From contig CBFHKU010000001.1 of NCBI GenBank assembly GCA_965656495.1, positions 114,781 through 178,780 on the forward strand: a stretch of DNA of 64,000 bases, in the 5' to 3' direction. Positions 10,597 through 21,900 of this stretch are shown here, piece after piece (positions within the stretch are counted from its first letter, which is position 1; each line of letters starts with the position of its first letter). Made by a program: the position numbers and the translations under genes. A model generated the notes under the pieces. The model was not told the origin of the DNA. It ran no database searches and saw only the letters and a program-made list of their open reading frames with translations. This DNA comes from Coraliomargaritaceae bacterium. Its GTDB lineage: Bacteria; Verrucomicrobiota; Verrucomicrobiia; Opitutales; Coraliomargaritaceae.

Positions 10597-11755
10597 ATGC
10601 AACAATTGACACCAGAACATCGGGCCCAAATTGAGGACATCGCGCGTCGCGCAGGTCATATATGGAGGTATCTTTGACGGGGATGGTAAGTTAAGCGCTA
10701 TCGGGGAACTGGAGTCCCGCATGGCGGCGCCGGGATTTTGGGAGGATCAGGCTGCCGCGCAAAAGGTCATTAATGAAGCCAACCGCCTCAAGACGGTGGT
10801 CAATCCGGTGAAGGCATTTCGTGAGGAGCTTGCCGACCTCGAGGCGATGCTTGAACTCGTCGATGAATCCGGGGCGGACGAGGCCGAGGAATACGCGGAT
10901 GAAATCGTCACAACCCTCGCCGCGCTGTTCCCGAAACTCGATGCCCTTGAGCTTTCCTCGTTCTTGACCGGACCGCGTGACGCTTCCAATGCCCTCCTCA
11001 CGATCCACGCCGGAGCGGGAGGCACCGAAAGTTGCGATTGGGCGGATATGCTCCTGCGTATGTACACACGCTGGGGCGAGCGGGCGGGGTTTGAGGTCGA
11101 GACCCTCGACATTATGCCTGGTGAAGAAGCCGGAATCAGTTCCGCCACCCTACGCATCGCGGGGCCGCACGCCTTTGGCTATGCCAAGGCGGAACGGGGG
11201 GTGCACCGCCTTGTACGCATCAGTCCCTTCGATTCCAACGCCCGCCGTCACACTTCTTTTTGCTCGGTCGATGTCGTGGCGGAGGTCGAGGACGATGTTG
11301 AGATTGAAATCAACGAAGCCGATATTCGCACCGATGTGTATCGTGCGAGCGGGAAGGGTGGTCAGCACGTCAACCGCACCGAGTCGGCGGTACGTCTCAC
11401 GCACCTGCCCACCAATATCGTGGTGACCTGCCAGAACGAGCGCTCCCAGATCAAGAACAAGGCGACTGCGATGCGCACCCTCAAATCCCGCCTCCTTGAG
11501 AAAATAGAAGACGAGAAACGCAGCGAGCAGGAGAAATTCTACGGGGAGAAAGGCGAAATCGCCTGGGGTAATCAGATCCGTTCCTACGTTTTTCAGCCCT
11601 ACCAATTGGTGAAGGATTTACGCACCGGCGCGGAAACCGGAAATGTGCAGGCGGTTATGGACGGTGAGCTTGACCCCTTCATTCATGCATGGCTTCGTGC
11701 AGGGGGGCCGACTTCGCGCCAAAGAGCCAGTGAGCGGGATTCGAACGATGAGTAA
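10597..11755 (+). CDS. prfB: Peptide chain release factor 2 (programmed +1 frameshift)
   Basis: ATG 10597 reads [26 protein letters not shown] then CTT TGA C (10672-10678). The +1 frame has [10 protein letters not shown], the SPF motif (RISPFDSN) and GGQ. Confidence 0.97.
10664..10678 (+). promoter_or_regulatory. RF2 autoregulatory +1 frameshift cassette
   Basis: Internal SD GGAGG (10664-10668), 3 nt, then CTT TGA C: the canonical prfB recoding signal. Confidence 0.95.
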
Positions 11756-13178
11756 AACGGGAAACAGTCAGGCAGGATTGAGTTACGCCGAAGCGCAGTC
11801 TGCTTTTGCGGAGCACGACCTCTTTGAGAACAAGACCTGGCGTTATTCCCCCTCCGCATTTCCCCTTTCTCCCGAACAAGTGGCAACAATCCGTAAAATC
11901 GGGCAGGCTTGTTATGATTTCTACCGCGCGCAGGAATTGCTCTACCTGCGTTCCGCAACCGGAAAAAACCTCCTGCGCAACCGCGAACTCCAGGCGCCCT
12001 GGGTGGCGGAATACCTCGACCGAGGTAAACCGGAGACCTTGGTTCGCCACGCCCGCTCTGCCGCTGTCCGCGGGACCCAGCCCATGGTCTTGCGCCCCGA
12101 CCTTATCATTACCGATGACGGCTTTGCGCTGACCGAGATTGATTCCGTTCCCGGTGGCATCGGGCTGACGGCCTTCCTGAACCGCCTTTATGCCGACCAG
12201 TATGGCGATGCCCTCATCGGCGCCGCTTCCGAGGATATGTTGGAGGCGTTTTATCAAGTCTTGGCGAGCCGTGCTCCGCAGGTTTCCTCGCCTTACATTG
12301 CGATTCTGGTCAGTGATGAGGCTGCCACCTACCGTCCTGAGATGGAATGGCTGGCTTCACAATTGCGCCAGCAGGGCCGCCGCGTGCATGTCTATCATCC
12401 CAACGATGTCATGCCGCTCGGCGATGCCATTTGTGTGGGGATTGACGGCGACCCTCAGGAAGTCGATATAATCTATCGTTTCTGGGAACTGTTTGACCTC
12501 GCAAACGTACCCATCGCCGAGCATTTTCTTGCCGCCCGTCAGACCGCTCTGCTCAGCCTGACTCCGCCGATGCGTCATTTTCAGGAAGAGAAATTGAACC
12601 TCGCGCTCTTTCACCACCACATTCTGGAGGATTTTTGGCGGGAGAATTTACCGAAGGAATCCTTCCGAATTTTGCAGGAAGTAATTCCGATGACCTGGGT
12701 GATGGATCCGGTGGAACTGCCGCCCAATGCGGTGCTGGATGCCCCCTTGGTCGGCGGCAAACCCATTTCGCAATGGCAGCAACTCATCGAGGCGGGCAAA
12801 AAAGAACGCAATCTTATCATTAAGATCAGCGGTTACCACGAAACCGCCTGGGGCGCGCGCAGCGTTACGCTCGGCAGTGACTGTTCGCGCCACGAATGGG
12901 AAGACGCGATCTGGCAGGCCGTCACGATGGCGGAAAATTCCCTGCACGTTTTGCAGAATTATGAGAAACCCAAGCGCGTGACTCACCCGGTCTACACCGC
13001 CGATGGTGCCGTCCAGACCATGAATAGCCGCGTCCGCCTTTGCCCTTACTACTTCGTTGATGAGAAAAAGCAGGCCGCCAATCTGCACGGAGTCCTCGCC
13101 ACCCTCTGCCCCGCCGATAAGAAGATTATCCACGGTATGAAAGACGCGGCGCTTTTGCCCTGTTACGAGCGGTCCTAG
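11748..13178 (+). CDS. Uncharacterised ATP-grasp-type ligase (glutathionylspermidine synthase / circularly permuted ATP-grasp-like)
   Basis: [53 protein letters not shown]; start overlaps the prfB end by 8 nt. Confidence 0.6.
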   Translation: MSKTGNSQAGLSYAEAQSAFAEHDLFENKTWRYSPSAFPLSPEQVATIRKIGQACYDFYRAQELLYLRSATGKNLLRNRELQAPWVAEYLDRGKPETLVRHARSAAVRGTQPMVLRPDLIITDDGFALTEIDSVPGGIGLTAFLNRLYADQYGDALIGAASEDMLEAFYQVLASRAPQVSSPYIAILVSDEAATYRPEMEWLASQLRQQGRRVHVYHPNDVMPLGDAICVGIDGDPQEVDIIYRFWELFDLANVPIAEHFLAARQTALLSLTPPMRHFQEEKLNLALFHHHILEDFWRENLPKESFRILQEVIPMTWVMDPVELPPNAVLDAPLVGGKPISQWQQLIEAGKKERNLIIKISGYHETAWGARSVTLGSDCSRHEWEDAIWQAVTMAENSLHVLQNYEKPKRVTHPVYTADGAVQTMNSRVRLCPYYFVDEKKQAANLHGVLATLCPADKKIIHGMKDAALLPCYERS

Positions 13179-13314
13179 CGCCTGCGGGTCATTTGTGTGA
13201 CGGTTGAGCGAGATATGGCTTTTAATCTGCTTTAAGTCTTTTAAACGAGAGATATTTTTATTACTTTCTCCAGTTTTGAAGAAGCCCTTCAGGATCTAAA
13301 ACAGTAAATTTTCC

Positions 13315-15843
13315 ATGCCAAAAAAAACCACCACTAAAAAGGCTGCGGTCGCCAAGACTAAGCCTACCAAAAGCCCGCGCAACGGCTTCAAATTTCAGAT
13401 CGATTCCGATACCGCATCGTTGAAGGTCTCGATCCTGAACCACCTGCGGTTTACGCTGGCGCGACATGCTGAAAACGCCTCCCCGCAGGAATGGTGGACC
13501 GCTACCTGTTTTGCGGTGCGCGACCGTCTCCTCGACCGCTTCATGACCACCCAGGAAACCCATCATAAAAAGAAGGTGCGCCGCGCCTACTACCTCAGTC
13601 TTGAGTATTTGATGGGTCGACTCCTTTTGAATAATCTCCACAACGCCGGTCTCTACGATGCCACCCGTGACGCGCTCGGTGAATTGGGGCAGGATCTCGA
13701 TCAAATTGCCGCTGAAGAAGCGGACATGGGTCTCGGCAACGGCGGTCTGGGACGGCTGGCTTCTTGTTTTCTCGATTCCCTCGCCACCCTGGATCTCCCG
13801 GCGATTGGTTACGGCATCCACTACGAATTTGGTCTCTTCCGGCAGGAGTTCCGCGACGGTCACCAGATTGAACACCCCGACGTCTGGCAGGAGAAAGGTT
13901 GCCCCTGGGAAGTCATGCGTCCCAATTTTGCGCAGGAGGTGAAGCTTTACGGACGTATCGAACACCAGATGGATGACAGTGGAAATTTTCATCCCCAATG
14001 GGTTGATTACAAAACCGTGGAAGGCGTACCCTTTGATATTGGCATTGTGGGCTACGGCGGCAGCAGCGTGAATTTCCTGCGCCTCTGGGATTCCCGCGCT
14101 TCACAGGAATTCGACCTCGAAACCTTCAATGCCGGCGGCTACGTGGAGGCGGTCCGTGAAAAAGCCATCGGTGAAACCATTTCCAAGGTCCTTTATCCCA
14201 ATGATTCCACCGAGAACGGCAAGGAACTGCGCCTCGTTCAGCAATACTTCTTCGTGAGTTGCTCCCTGCAGGACATCATCCGCCGTTTCTTCGACAGCCA
14301 CGATGACTGGCAGGAATTCCCCAAGTTTAACGCCATCCAACTCAACGATACGCACCCTGCCATCACCATTGCAGAGCTCATGCGCCTCTTGGTGGATCAA
14401 TACGAAATGGAGTGGGAGGCCGCCTGGGAAATCACCCGTGCGAGCTGTAACTACACCAACCATACCCTTCTGCCCGAAGCGCTCGAAAAATGGAGCGTTG
14501 ATTTGCTCGGTCGCGTCCTGCCCCGCCACCTTGAAATCATTTTTGAAATCAACCGCCGTTTCCTCGAGCGCGAAGTGGAGGCCAAATGGCCGGGCGACGC
14601 CGCCAAAAAGACAGCGCTTTCACTCATCGAAGAAGGACAACCCAAGATGGTGCGCATGGCCTACCTCTCAGTGGTCGGCTCCACCAAAGTCAACGGAGTC
14701 GCCGCGCTCCACACCGAGCTCCTCAAGAAGCATCTCTTTGCAGACTTCCACGCCCTCTATCCCGATAAACTGATCAATATGACCAACGGCATCACGCCCC
14801 GCCGTTGGTTACTGGCATGTAACCCGGGACTCAGTACCCTTGTCTCCAAGAAAGTCGGTTGCGATTGGCCCCGCGATCTCGACAAACTTCAAAGCCTGTC
14901 AGATTACGCAGATGACCCGGCCTTTCAAAAGCAATTCATGGCAGTGAAGCGCGCCAACAAAGTTGCCTTTGCGGAATACGCCCTCGAGCACTGCGGTGTC
15001 AAAATCAACCCCGATGCTTTGTTTGATGTGCAAATCAAGCGCCTTCACGAATACAAGCGCCAGCACCTCAACCTCCTACATATTCTCACCCTTTACCGGC
15101 GCATCCTTCAAAATCCGGATTATGTGATGCAGCCCCGCGTCTTTATTTTTGGCGCCAAGGCCGCTCCCGGTTACGCCCTCGCCAAAAATATCATCCGTGC
15201 CATCAACAAAGTGGCGGAGGTCGTCAACAATGACCCCCGCATCGAGGATAAGATTAAAATCGTCTTTCCCCAAAACTATCGCATCACGATGGCGGAGCGC
15301 ATTATTCCCGCCGCCGATCTCTCCGAGCAAATTTCCACTGCCGGCAAGGAGGCCTCCGGTACCGGCAACATGAAGCTGGCACTCAATGGCGCCCTCACCA
15401 TCGGTACCCTGGACGGCGCCAATGTCGAAATTCAGGAAGAAGTCGGTGAGGACAACATCTTCATTTTCGGCAATACCGTTGAACAGGTTGAAGCCCTCCG
15501 CGCCCGCGGTTACAATCCCTACGATCTGTACAATGCCAATTGGGAACTCAAGGCCGTCATCGATTGGCTTCACTCCGATTACTTCACCCCCGGTGAGCAG
15601 GATGCCTTTGCGCCCTTGTGCCGGAGCCTTCTGGAGGAGGGCGATCCCTACCTCTGCCTCGCCGACTACGACAGCTATATCAAGGCTCAGGAATCTGTTG
15701 ACCGCGCCTACCGCGATCCCACCCAATGGGCACGCATGGCGATTCTCAATACCGCCCGCGTCGGAAAATTCTCCTCCGACCGTACGATCAGCGAATACGC
15801 CAAGCAGATTTGGAAACTCAAGCCCGTTGCGGTTCAAGCCTAG
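13315..15843 (+). CDS. glgP: Glycogen/starch/alpha-glucan phosphorylase
   Basis: [43 protein letters not shown], and PLP site EASGTGNMK. Confidence 0.97.
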   Translation: MPKKTTTKKAAVAKTKPTKSPRNGFKFQIDSDTASLKVSILNHLRFTLARHAENASPQEWWTATCFAVRDRLLDRFMTTQETHHKKKVRRAYYLSLEYLMGRLLLNNLHNAGLYDATRDALGELGQDLDQIAAEEADMGLGNGGLGRLASCFLDSLATLDLPAIGYGIHYEFGLFRQEFRDGHQIEHPDVWQEKGCPWEVMRPNFAQEVKLYGRIEHQMDDSGNFHPQWVDYKTVEGVPFDIGIVGYGGSSVNFLRLWDSRASQEFDLETFNAGGYVEAVREKAIGETISKVLYPNDSTENGKELRLVQQYFFVSCSLQDIIRRFFDSHDDWQEFPKFNAIQLNDTHPAITIAELMRLLVDQYEMEWEAAWEITRASCNYTNHTLLPEALEKWSVDLLGRVLPRHLEIIFEINRRFLEREVEAKWPGDAAKKTALSLIEEGQPKMVRMAYLSVVGSTKVNGVAALHTELLKKHLFADFHALYPDKLINMTNGITPRRWLLACNPGLSTLVSKKVGCDWPRDLDKLQSLSDYADDPAFQKQFMAVKRANKVAFAEYALEHCGVKINPDALFDVQIKRLHEYKRQHLNLLHILTLYRRILQNPDYVMQPRVFIFGAKAAPGYALAKNIIRAINKVAEVVNNDPRIEDKIKIVFPQNYRITMAERIIPAADLSEQISTAGKEASGTGNMKLALNGALTIGTLDGANVEIQEEVGEDNIFIFGNTVEQVEALRARGYNPYDLYNANWELKAVIDWLHSDYFTPGEQDAFAPLCRSLLEEGDPYLCLADYDSYIKAQESVDRAYRDPTQWARMAILNTARVGKFSSDRTISEYAKQIWKLKPVAVQA

Positions 15844-15865
15844 GCACTGGCAACGGCCCGCTCAG

Positions 15866-16117
15866 TTAATCCTCAAGTGTGTCCCGTTTGCGAATGAGCA
15901 CCTTGCTCTCGTAAATCCAACGGTAGGGTTTTTTGCTGCCGCGATTGACCCGCCGTTTTTTAAACTGCACCGGCCTATCATGTCCGTTCGCCGAAACGGC
16001 GCTGGTATAGCTGGATGCCGGCCATTCCTCCGGATCCGGTAATTGCTCCATCGCCTGCTTTAGTTGGTGGATATTTGGTATGAACTTATTCGAATGGGTT
16101 CTATCAGATTCAGGCAT
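15866..16117 (-). CDS. Small hypothetical protein
   Basis: 83-aa ATG ORF filling the gap between glgP and tRNA-Cys, with an AT-rich upstream region; no family recognised. Confidence 0.55.
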   Translation of the reverse strand: MPESDRTHSNKFIPNIHQLKQAMEQLPDPEEWPASSYTSAVSANGHDRPVQFKKRRVNRGSKKPYRWIYESKVLIRKRDTLED

Positions 16118-16231
16118 AATTTTGGGGCAAAAAATTAAATTTTTAGCTTAAGAATACTTATGACTTAATAGTGTAGATTAATTTAAAACTTGTCTTTCAG
16201 GCAAAACTTTTTCTTTATGAAAAATGGATAG

Positions 16232-16305
<74 letters not shown>

Positions 16306-16321
16306 CCTTTTCCCCAAAGCG

Positions 16322-16475
16322 GGGTCTACACCAAAGATTGGGGACAAGGCATATATTTTGTAATTGTTGTAGTGTGATTAACCGCACTGTGCGATGACGG
16401 GTCTACACCAAAGATTGGGGACAAGGCATATATTTTGTAAGTGTTGTTGTGTGATTAACCGCACTGGACGATGAC
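16322..16475. repeat. Tandem direct repeat, 2 x 77 bp, near identical
   Basis: GGGTCTACACCAAAGATTGGGGACAAGGCATATATTTTGTAA... at 16322-16398 and 16399-16475, with 4 mismatches. Confidence 0.92.
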
Positions 16476-16640
16476 CCTGAGACGGTAGTTATTAAAGTTT
16501 TTGAATCCGTATGCTCGACGCTGAATGAGCTTCATTTTTTCTGTCCGCATCTGTTGATCCTAAGCGTAGCTTGAATGTGGTCTGCGCCACGTCTTCGCTT
16601 GACGCTTGACTTTGACGGACACTTGTCCGACGGTAGTTTT

Positions 16641-16946
16641 ATGGTATCTTTTGTGACAACACGCGAGCTTTCTAAACGACCAGGACAAGTCATGTCAAAA
16701 ATGTCGGAGGAGGGGCCGCAGGTGATTACTCAAAACGGAGTACCTGCGGCTTACTTGATTCCAACAAGTGGGCGCGGGATTGAGGCGGATCTCGATAGTT
16801 TACGTCGCCTCTTACTAGGTCGCGCCTTGGATGCCGCGCAAGCTGAAGCGGCGTGCGCCGGTGCATCGAAATTAAGCATGGATGCGATCAACGATGAGAT
16901 TTCGGCCATGCGTAAAGAGCGGCGTAAAGCTGGGTCTGGCAAGTAG
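16641..16946 (+). CDS. Phd/YefM-family antitoxin
   Basis: 'FVTTRELSKRPGQVM...GPQVITQNGVPAAYLIP' Phd-like N-terminus; palindrome CGGACA-CT-TGTCCG (16616-16629) upstream. Confidence 0.8.
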   Translation: MVSFVTTRELSKRPGQVMSKMSEEGPQVITQNGVPAAYLIPTSGRGIEADLDSLRRLLLGRALDAAQAEAACAGASKLSMDAINDEISAMRKERRKAGSGK

Positions 16947-17365
16947 TGGGAAAGTCGGCACCAGCTTGGGTGATCGATACCAATGTGTTAGTCTCGGCTG
17001 CATTATCAGCAGGTGGCACTTGCGACAAAATTCTGCGCGCGGCGGTAGAAGGAAAAATACGCTTTGCTTGGTCTGCTCCCATCCTTGCAGAGTATCGGGA
17101 GGTACTCTTGCGCCCAAAATTCGGTTTCTCGCCGCAGGTCATTGCATCGTTTCTGACCGTTTTTGCGCCTGGTGATCAAGTTGGGCCAGAATCGGCTCGA
17201 TCACTTCCTGATGCGGAGGATGAAATTTTCCTTGCGGCAGCACTCGCCACAACAGACCGTATCTTAATTACTGGTAATCAGGTGCACTTTCCAAGCGATC
17301 TGTGTGCCCCGGTAAGGGTTCTTTCGCCAGCCGAGGCCGTTCGATTGCTTGGTGCAGTAGAATGA
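16946..17365 (+). CDS. PIN-domain (VapC-like) toxin
   Basis: WVIDTNVLVSA, ILAEYREVL, LPDAEDEIFLAAA, LITGNQVHF; GTG start overlaps the antitoxin stop. Confidence 0.85.
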   Translation: MGKSAPAWVIDTNVLVSAALSAGGTCDKILRAAVEGKIRFAWSAPILAEYREVLLRPKFGFSPQVIASFLTVFAPGDQVGPESARSLPDAEDEIFLAAALATTDRILITGNQVHFPSDLCAPVRVLSPAEAVRLLGAVE

Positions 17366-17369
17366 GCGA

Positions 17370-17804
17370 TGTGAGCGCAGTCATGCGGTCGAATTGTTTA
17401 ATTCTGGCTCTGATTGTTTTGATTTGATCGACAAGCTGCAAGGACAAGAGATCTTTCCTGCAGTTTCTACTGACCGCACGTATCTCATTTGCTTTACTTA
17501 AGGTTTGGATTAGCGCCTGCGCTTCTTTGGAGAGTTCCATCTATTTGAGCACGTGCGAGACCGCCCCATTGTTCAATGATTTGTGCCGAGCAAATGCATT
17601 CTGCCATCGGATGGCTCGGTGGATTTCATGCTCCGTCTTCTTCGGGCGCTTTCGGATTTTAGGTGCTTTATGGCCACACTCTTTATGAACAGGGGAGAGA
17701 ATCGCACAGTTTTCCATGGGCTTCTTTCGGCAGAGGGCGATTTCGAGGGGGAGGGTGAATCCGCTTTGTCGCTCTCTGGGCACCGAATGCCTTGTAGCCC
17801 ACAA
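17370..17804 (-). pseudogene. Degraded HTH-like gene remnant with an in-frame TAG
   Basis: ORFs 17541-17804 and 17268-17540 share a frame and are split by one TAG (17541-17543): ...FARHKSLNNGAVSHVLK*MELSKEAQ. Boundaries approximate. Confidence 0.45.
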
Positions 17805-18008
17805 TTTTACTGCATCAAGAAAGTAATCGCTCCAACGGAAATGTTACATTCTGTGTGCCAAAGTGTCGATTTTGTGAAAAAAACGTAATTTTTCCTTCCC
17901 AACGGTATATAAACGCATACACTTTGTATTCCAGTGAAGCGTATTACTATGCAAACTGGATGTACACAAGGCAGCGTTGCCTTAGAGTCCATTCGCTTCA
18001 CCACTTTA

Positions 18009-18099
18009 GGTTCCGCGTGGAGCCGCTTTGTTTTCCCGGCAGTGCCGCATTCCCATTCGGATCGTGGCTTGATGCTGCCGGTTAACCCCAACAAAGGAG
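18009..18099 (+). promoter_or_regulatory. Structured 5' leader, candidate cis-regulatory RNA
   Basis: Hairpin GGTTCC-GCGT-GGAGCC (18009-18024); long stem CCGGCAGT/GCTGCCGG plus GCCGC/GTGGC plus TCC/GGA (18036-18081); SD AAGGAG at 18094-18099. Confidence 0.5.
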
Positions 18100-18103
18100 A
18101 TAA

Positions 18104-18337
18104 ATGGAAAAAATAACCTCACAGCTGACTGATGTGATTAAGGGCATATCCGAACTCGGAATTGGCCTGATTGCACTTGGAATCATTGCTGAAATTGTCT
18201 TCGGCCAAGGCGCTATATTTGGTGCCAGCGTGGTCGGAAACTTATCCTCAATCGTGGCCGCCATCGGCGGTGAAAACGGTTTTATTGGCCTCGTTGCCAT
18301 CATCCTTATCTTCGCTCTGCTGCGCAAACGCGCTTAG
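18104..18337 (+). CDS. Small two-TM membrane protein (77 aa), paralog 1
   Basis: Strong SD; amphipathic N-terminus, LIALGIIAEIVFG, GFIGLVAIILIFALLRK. Confidence 0.85.
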   Translation: MEKITSQLTDVIKGISELGIGLIALGIIAEIVFGQGAIFGASVVGNLSSIVAAIGGENGFIGLVAIILIFALLRKRA

Positions 18338-18384
18338 TGGAACTCAGAAAACAAAAGCAAAACTAACGTAAACCAACTACTACT

Positions 18385-18612
18385 ATGGAAGATATATCCA
18401 ACAAACTGAAATCCCTGATCGGTAATCTCTCCGATATCCTCATTGCTGCTATTGGCCTGCTCGTTGTGGTGCAGGTGGTATTCGGCACCGCAGGCAACCT
18501 CGATGTCATCAGCAACCTTACTGCTCTGGTTGACAGCTTTATCGGCAGCGGCGCAAGCCTTGCCAGCCTGGTGACGCTCGTCCTGATTATGGGCGTGCTC
18601 TCCAGAAAATAA
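18385..18612 (+). CDS. Small two-TM membrane protein (75 aa), paralog 2
   Basis: Same layout as paralog 1 (IGLLVVVQVVFG...VISNLTALV...LASLVTLVLIMGVLSRK); followed by a terminator. Confidence 0.85.
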   Translation: MEDISNKLKSLIGNLSDILIAAIGLLVVVQVVFGTAGNLDVISNLTALVDSFIGSGASLASLVTLVLIMGVLSRK

Positions 18613-18643
18613 ACCTCAAGATCGCTACTTGAAGTTTGGAACT

Positions 18644-18673
18644 GGGAGTCCCTGAGAGGGGGCTCCCTTTTTT
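18644..18673 (+). terminator. Rho-independent terminator
   Basis: GGGAGTCCC-TGAGA-GGGGGCTCCC followed by TTTTTT. Confidence 0.85.
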
Positions 18674-18727
18674 ATGTCCGGATAAAGCCTGCTGCTTATA
18701 CCATTTTGAAAAAGGTGTGGCCTGAAA

Positions 18728-18858
18728 TACCCCTCCCACCTGACAAGCAGGTGACCTCCCCTTCGCAGGGGAGGAGCTTTTTAGCTCCCCTCCTTGACGA
18801 GGAGGGGTGGCTCGCCCGCCCTGAGCCTGTCGAAGGTGCGTAGCGAGACGGGGTGGTG
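18728..18858. repeat. REP/BIME-like palindromic cluster
   Basis: CTCCCCT-TCGC-AGGGGAG and CCCCTCCT-TGACG-AGGAGGGG hairpins, plus CCCTGAGCCTGTCGAAGG (18819-18836), between convergent genes. Confidence 0.7.
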
Positions 18859-18927
18859 CCATTTAGGCCAAACCTTTATCGAAGTGGTATTAAAAGCTCG
18901 GATCCCTCTAAAACGACAACCGACCGA

Positions 18928-21900
18928 TTAGAAGGTAAAGGTTGCAGAGGCAGTTACCGATTTAGAGTCGGTGTAGCGGGCATTATTGGAGCCGGTGCTC
19001 ACCAGATTAATGTTATCAAATACATTATTAACGATTACCTGGAAGCGAGCCCGGGGGGCGTTTCTGCCCTTGCCCAGCTTGCCCTGCCAGCCCGCAAAAA
19101 TGTCGGTGCTGTGTTGTGCCTCCAGATAAACCTCATACCGGGGCGTGTCGCTTTCATAGTCGGCGTTGCCATCAAAATCCGTATCGGCAAAATAGGTGTT
19201 CAACAAGGCTGCGGAGCGATACTTCTGGTTGGCTCCAATGAAGCAATTTTTCAGCTTTCCGGACGGGAAGGTATAGCGCGCCGTGAAGTTGGCGCTGTGA
19301 TTGGAGGTGCCGGGAATGGTGAGGTCTATCAGTTCTTCGAGCGAAGATTTCAATTTGATGGTGTCCAGATAGGCGTAGCCAAAGAAAAGTGATAATTGCT
19401 TGGTTGGATTGTAGTATAAATCCAATTCAACGCCCTCGCTGCGGGTCTCCTCGTTCGCCACACGATTTCCCTTGGGGTCGAATGAATACCCGGTGATGTC
19501 GCCATCATCGTTCCTGCGGGGAACCCAAAGAGATGCGTTCGCAGCAATTGCGGTGCTGTCATCCATGACATTACCCGAGGCGGTGCGGGGAAAAATTTCC
19601 TGCAGTTGGGAGTAGGTGATGTTAGTGTTTTTTTCGTTTTTCTTCTCGATGCGGAAAGCGGTGAGCTGGGCGTTGATCTTGCCGTCACCGGAGCTGTATT
19701 TGAGACCCAGTTCGATGCCCCGACCGGTCTCGGGCGGGGTGATTTCACCGAAAACATCGTATTCGAAACCGGAGGGCGAGAGCACCGACTCGGCATAATT
19801 GCCAAAGACTCCCAATTCAGGGGTCAGCCAATACAGGCCTCCGATCGAGGGCGAAAATTCCACAAAAGTGAGCTGACTGTTATTTCTAAAGGGATCGCCA
19901 TCTTTGACGCTGGTATCGGTACCATCGACCAAATAATCGGTTAGGTCGGTATTTACTTTAATGGCGTCCATGCGCAAACCAATCAGGGAGCGGGCGCGGC
20001 CATCAAAATACGAGCCTGAAGCGGCGAACCAAGTCCCGAGGGTTTCCACGGTTGTTTCATTGTGATTGGTTTTGTGCATCACGTTGCTTTCCAGTGGAGA
20101 TGCCGCTAATTTTCCATCACGCACCAAGGCGGAATTGGGCTGGTTTAGATCCGTTTCATCGGAAATAAATCCGGACTGTGTGTTGTTGTAACGAATGACA
20201 TCATCGGCAAGTCCTGCGAGAAAATCGGACAGGTAGATGTAGTCGGCAGCGCGGTCATTGGTCATGACGACTCCGCTGGGTCCGGTAGTGGTGCCGGGTT
20301 GAAACTCCTGAAATTGCGTGAGTGTGGCCCCGCGCCGGTCTGCATCGATACCGATCAACAACTGTTGTTTGCCGATGGTGTAATCTTCATTGAGTTCCCA
20401 ATTTAAGGTGGTGCGGACGGAGATATTGTTATCTTCCCGGTCCTGCTCCTGCCAGTAGGGCGCAACGTAGAGCTTGAGTGTTTCATTTGCCCGACCTGCC
20501 ACTGCGGGATTGATGGAGCCGTCATCATTGACGGGGTCGGGCGTGGTATACATCAGGTTACCGGAAGCGAACAGTTCATCGATTCGGCTGTTCACAAAAC
20601 CACGGGTGGAGCCGTTATCCAGTTGCTCGGTATGATCGGTTACGGCTTCTTCAAGGGCTTGTTGGAATTCGGTCTGGCTGGCGTTTTCAAGCGCGCCGCC
20701 CGCTAAGTAAGCTTGAAGATCAGTATTGATGGACGCCGCTAATTCCGCTCTCTTTGCGTCTTTTTCCGCGTTGGTATTGGCGATGCCGTCACTGTTGGTG
20801 TCAATTGCATTCGATACGGACATTCCGGTGACCCAAAATCTTCCAATAGAGTTGTACACATTATTTTCGAAACTGGCCGCATCGTCTCTCAGCGCCTGTA
20901 CGTCTGTGTAGAGTCCGATGCGAGTACCGAGTTGCTCTTTGCTTTTCAATCCATTGGCATCCCAGTCATCATAGGTAGCATTACCCGGAGCGTTGGGGAG
21001 GTTGATGTTTGGTCCATAGCCGATGGAGTGTTTGAGCGTATTGGCAGCTCCCCGAGTGCGTGAGTAGCCGTCGAGTTTTTCGCCGGAGATTGCAACCTTA
21101 AGCTGCATGCGATCATTTATAATGTGCGAGATTTCACCAATCACATAATTGCCTTCATTCTCCTGGTAGGCGTCTGGGCCTACAATCGTGCCGGTGTTCT
21201 TGGAGTCGATACCAGCGTAGAAGTCGCGGATGCTGGCGCGTTTTTCTTCCATCGTGTTGCCGCTAAAATAATCCGGGATTAACAAGCCGGTTCGGCCGGT
21301 TCGGTCGGGGTCACTTGCAACGGTGCCGTTTGGATACTGACTGCGGAGAATGTTGCCGTTGTCGGGATCGTTGTAATCAACGATGTAATTGACCAGATCA
21401 TCGCTCATTAGGTCTGCAATTTTGGGGTCTGCTACAATATTCTGCGGCATGCCGGTGAAGCCGGATAAAGCCGTCCCATCTTGGAAGGAATTATTGAGTC
21501 GGGGCTTTTTGGAATAGGTGTTTTCGAGGTGGAGGCGGAGGTTCGTCTTTTTGCCCACCTTGGCCATCGCCTCCAGCGTCACTCCCCGGAAATCATCATA
21601 TTTATAATCCTGGTTAAACTCTTTGTATTTATCGGTCGCCATAACGCGCACCGCGGCGTTGTCACCGATGAGGCGGTTGGCATCGAACACATAACGCCTT
21701 GTAGCGTTATCTCCAAATTCCACCGTGTAACGCGTTTCGTTCTTACTGAAATTCGCGGTCTTTGAGATGAGGTTAATTTTGCCCCCGGGATCCGCTTGCC
21801 CATAAATCAAGCTATTGGCACCGCGAATGACATCGGCGCGTTGGATGTTGTAGTAGTCAACCGGAGAATAGCGCGGCATGAATTCATACAGTTGGTTCTT

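Noticed and set aside
10631..10677. ORF-track TTG start for prfB
   Set aside because: Artefact of the programmed frameshift; the real start is ATG 10597.
16322..16475. Possible CRISPR array
   Set aside because: Two contiguous near-identical 77-bp units with no unique spacers, and no cas genes in the window.
17541..17543. Stop-codon recoding (pyrrolysine or readthrough)
   Set aside because: No supporting machinery or signal is seen; a nonsense mutation in a decaying gene is simpler.
17825..17835. attR copy of the tRNA-Cys 3' end
   Set aside because: Only CTCCA matches, which is too short to support.
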